A stretch of 64,000 nucleotides of DNA, taken from assembly GCF_009914755.1 (NCBI RefSeq), contig NC_060933.1. One strand, given 5' to 3'. Each line of letters starts with the position of its first letter. Within the stretch, counting starts at the first letter, position 1. The translations under genes and the position numbers were made by a program. This document shows positions 63,106 through 64,000 of the stretch, piece by piece. This stretch comes from the human T2T-CHM13v2.0 reference genome, Homo sapiens. Below the pieces are notes generated by a model. That model searched no databases. It saw only the letters and a program-made list of their open reading frames with translations, and was not told the origin of the DNA.

Positions 63106-63429
63106 GCAAATTGTTTTGGCTAGAGAGCAGGCTATTAAGACATTCTAGCCAAGCCAATTTCCTGAGAGTTCTGCAGGTACCAGGTGTTGCTGGAGCCCAG
63201 CATCTGCTCAGAGGAAGGCAGAGAGACCCAGAGGAACCCAGAATGAGACACTCATTTTTGCATCCTCAGTTTCCAAGTTAATTTTCTAGCTCCTGGTTAG
63301 GACCCGAATTACAGAGACCAGGCAGCTGTCCAACAAGAATGCTGACAGGTTTCATTGTCCTCTAGGGTAGCTGCTGCCTAAAGAATATTTGATTTTTTGT
63401 TTTTTTAACAACAACAAAACAGATGGGTT

Positions 63430-63650
63430 CCCTGTATTGAGCATCTCCTGAGTGCAAAGCCCTGCACTATGTGCTCAACACTTGATCCTTGATGGTTTAA
63501 AGCCTCAACAGTGTGATCAGGTTAGTTGCTCACATTCTTGGATAGAAAAACTGAAACTTAGAGCAGATAAGAGACTTGTCCAAGGTCATTTAGCTCATTA
63601 GTGGCAGAGCTGTAGCTCAATCTGTATCCATCAGTCATCTGTCCATCAAG
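63430..63650 (-). mobile_element. MIR SINE
   Basis: TATTGAGCATCT...AAACTGAAACTTAGAG...ACTTGTCCAAGGTCA...AGTGGCAGAGCTG. Confidence 0.75.
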
Positions 63651-63829
63651 TCCAGTGGAGTAGAAGGGGTCACACAATGGGCTCAGAGACAGAGAACCTT
63701 GTGCTAGTTCACACCCTTGACCTGTCCATGTATGTATGGACATGTAAGCTTGGGCGGGTTACACAGGGCTTGGTTTTCTTATCTTTTTTTAAGGGCTTGG
63801 TGTTATTTTTAAAATAGCAGAGATTCTAA

Positions 63830-64000
63830 TAACAGCAGCTACCTGTTATTCAACTCTTATTATGAGCTGGCATTCAGGTGTTTCATTTTATTTCATTTCT
63901 GAAAACAATCCCATGATATAGCATCATTATCCCTATTATATATATCCAACAACTGAGACTAGAAAGGGAATATAACTTACTCCAGGCCACAATGTTAGTG
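63830..64000 (-). mobile_element. MIR SINE (runs off the window end)
   Basis: GCTACCTGTTATT...AACAATCCCATGA...AACTGAGACTAGAAAG. Confidence 0.6.

Overview
This is primate (almost certainly human-like) non-coding genomic DNA, either intergenic or a large intron, at roughly 40-45% GC by eye and CpG-depleted. It is dominated by interspersed repeats: about 16 Alu/FLAM copies, more than 20 MIR fragments, many L2 and old L1M fragments, one short L1PA 3' end, solo LTRs (LTR8A/B, MER41B, MER21, THE1A, THE1D/MST, LTR33, MLT1/MLT2) and DNA transposons (Tigger3b x2, Tigger4b, MER20 x2, MER53, MER63, MER5, half of a MADE1). I found no credible protein-coding gene, tRNA, rRNA, CRISPR array or CpG island, and the ORF track is explained by repeats, low-complexity DNA and chance. 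I cannot name the locus. The signals that repeats do not explain are: (i) three plus-strand exon-like cassettes with strong acceptors and identical AAG|GTGAGT donors, suggesting a spliced non-coding or 5'-UTR transcript; (ii) a MER41B LTR that keeps both STAT/GAS motifs; (iii) several repeat-free, motif-dense blocks that look like conserved enhancers; (iv) a ~720-bp (CAC/CAT)n array with higher-order structure; (v) old local tandem duplications and multi-tier nested insertions. None of this demonstrates a new biological system. Repeat subfamily names come from recalled consensus sequences and need RepeatMasker/Dfam confirmation; boundaries of old elements are approximate.
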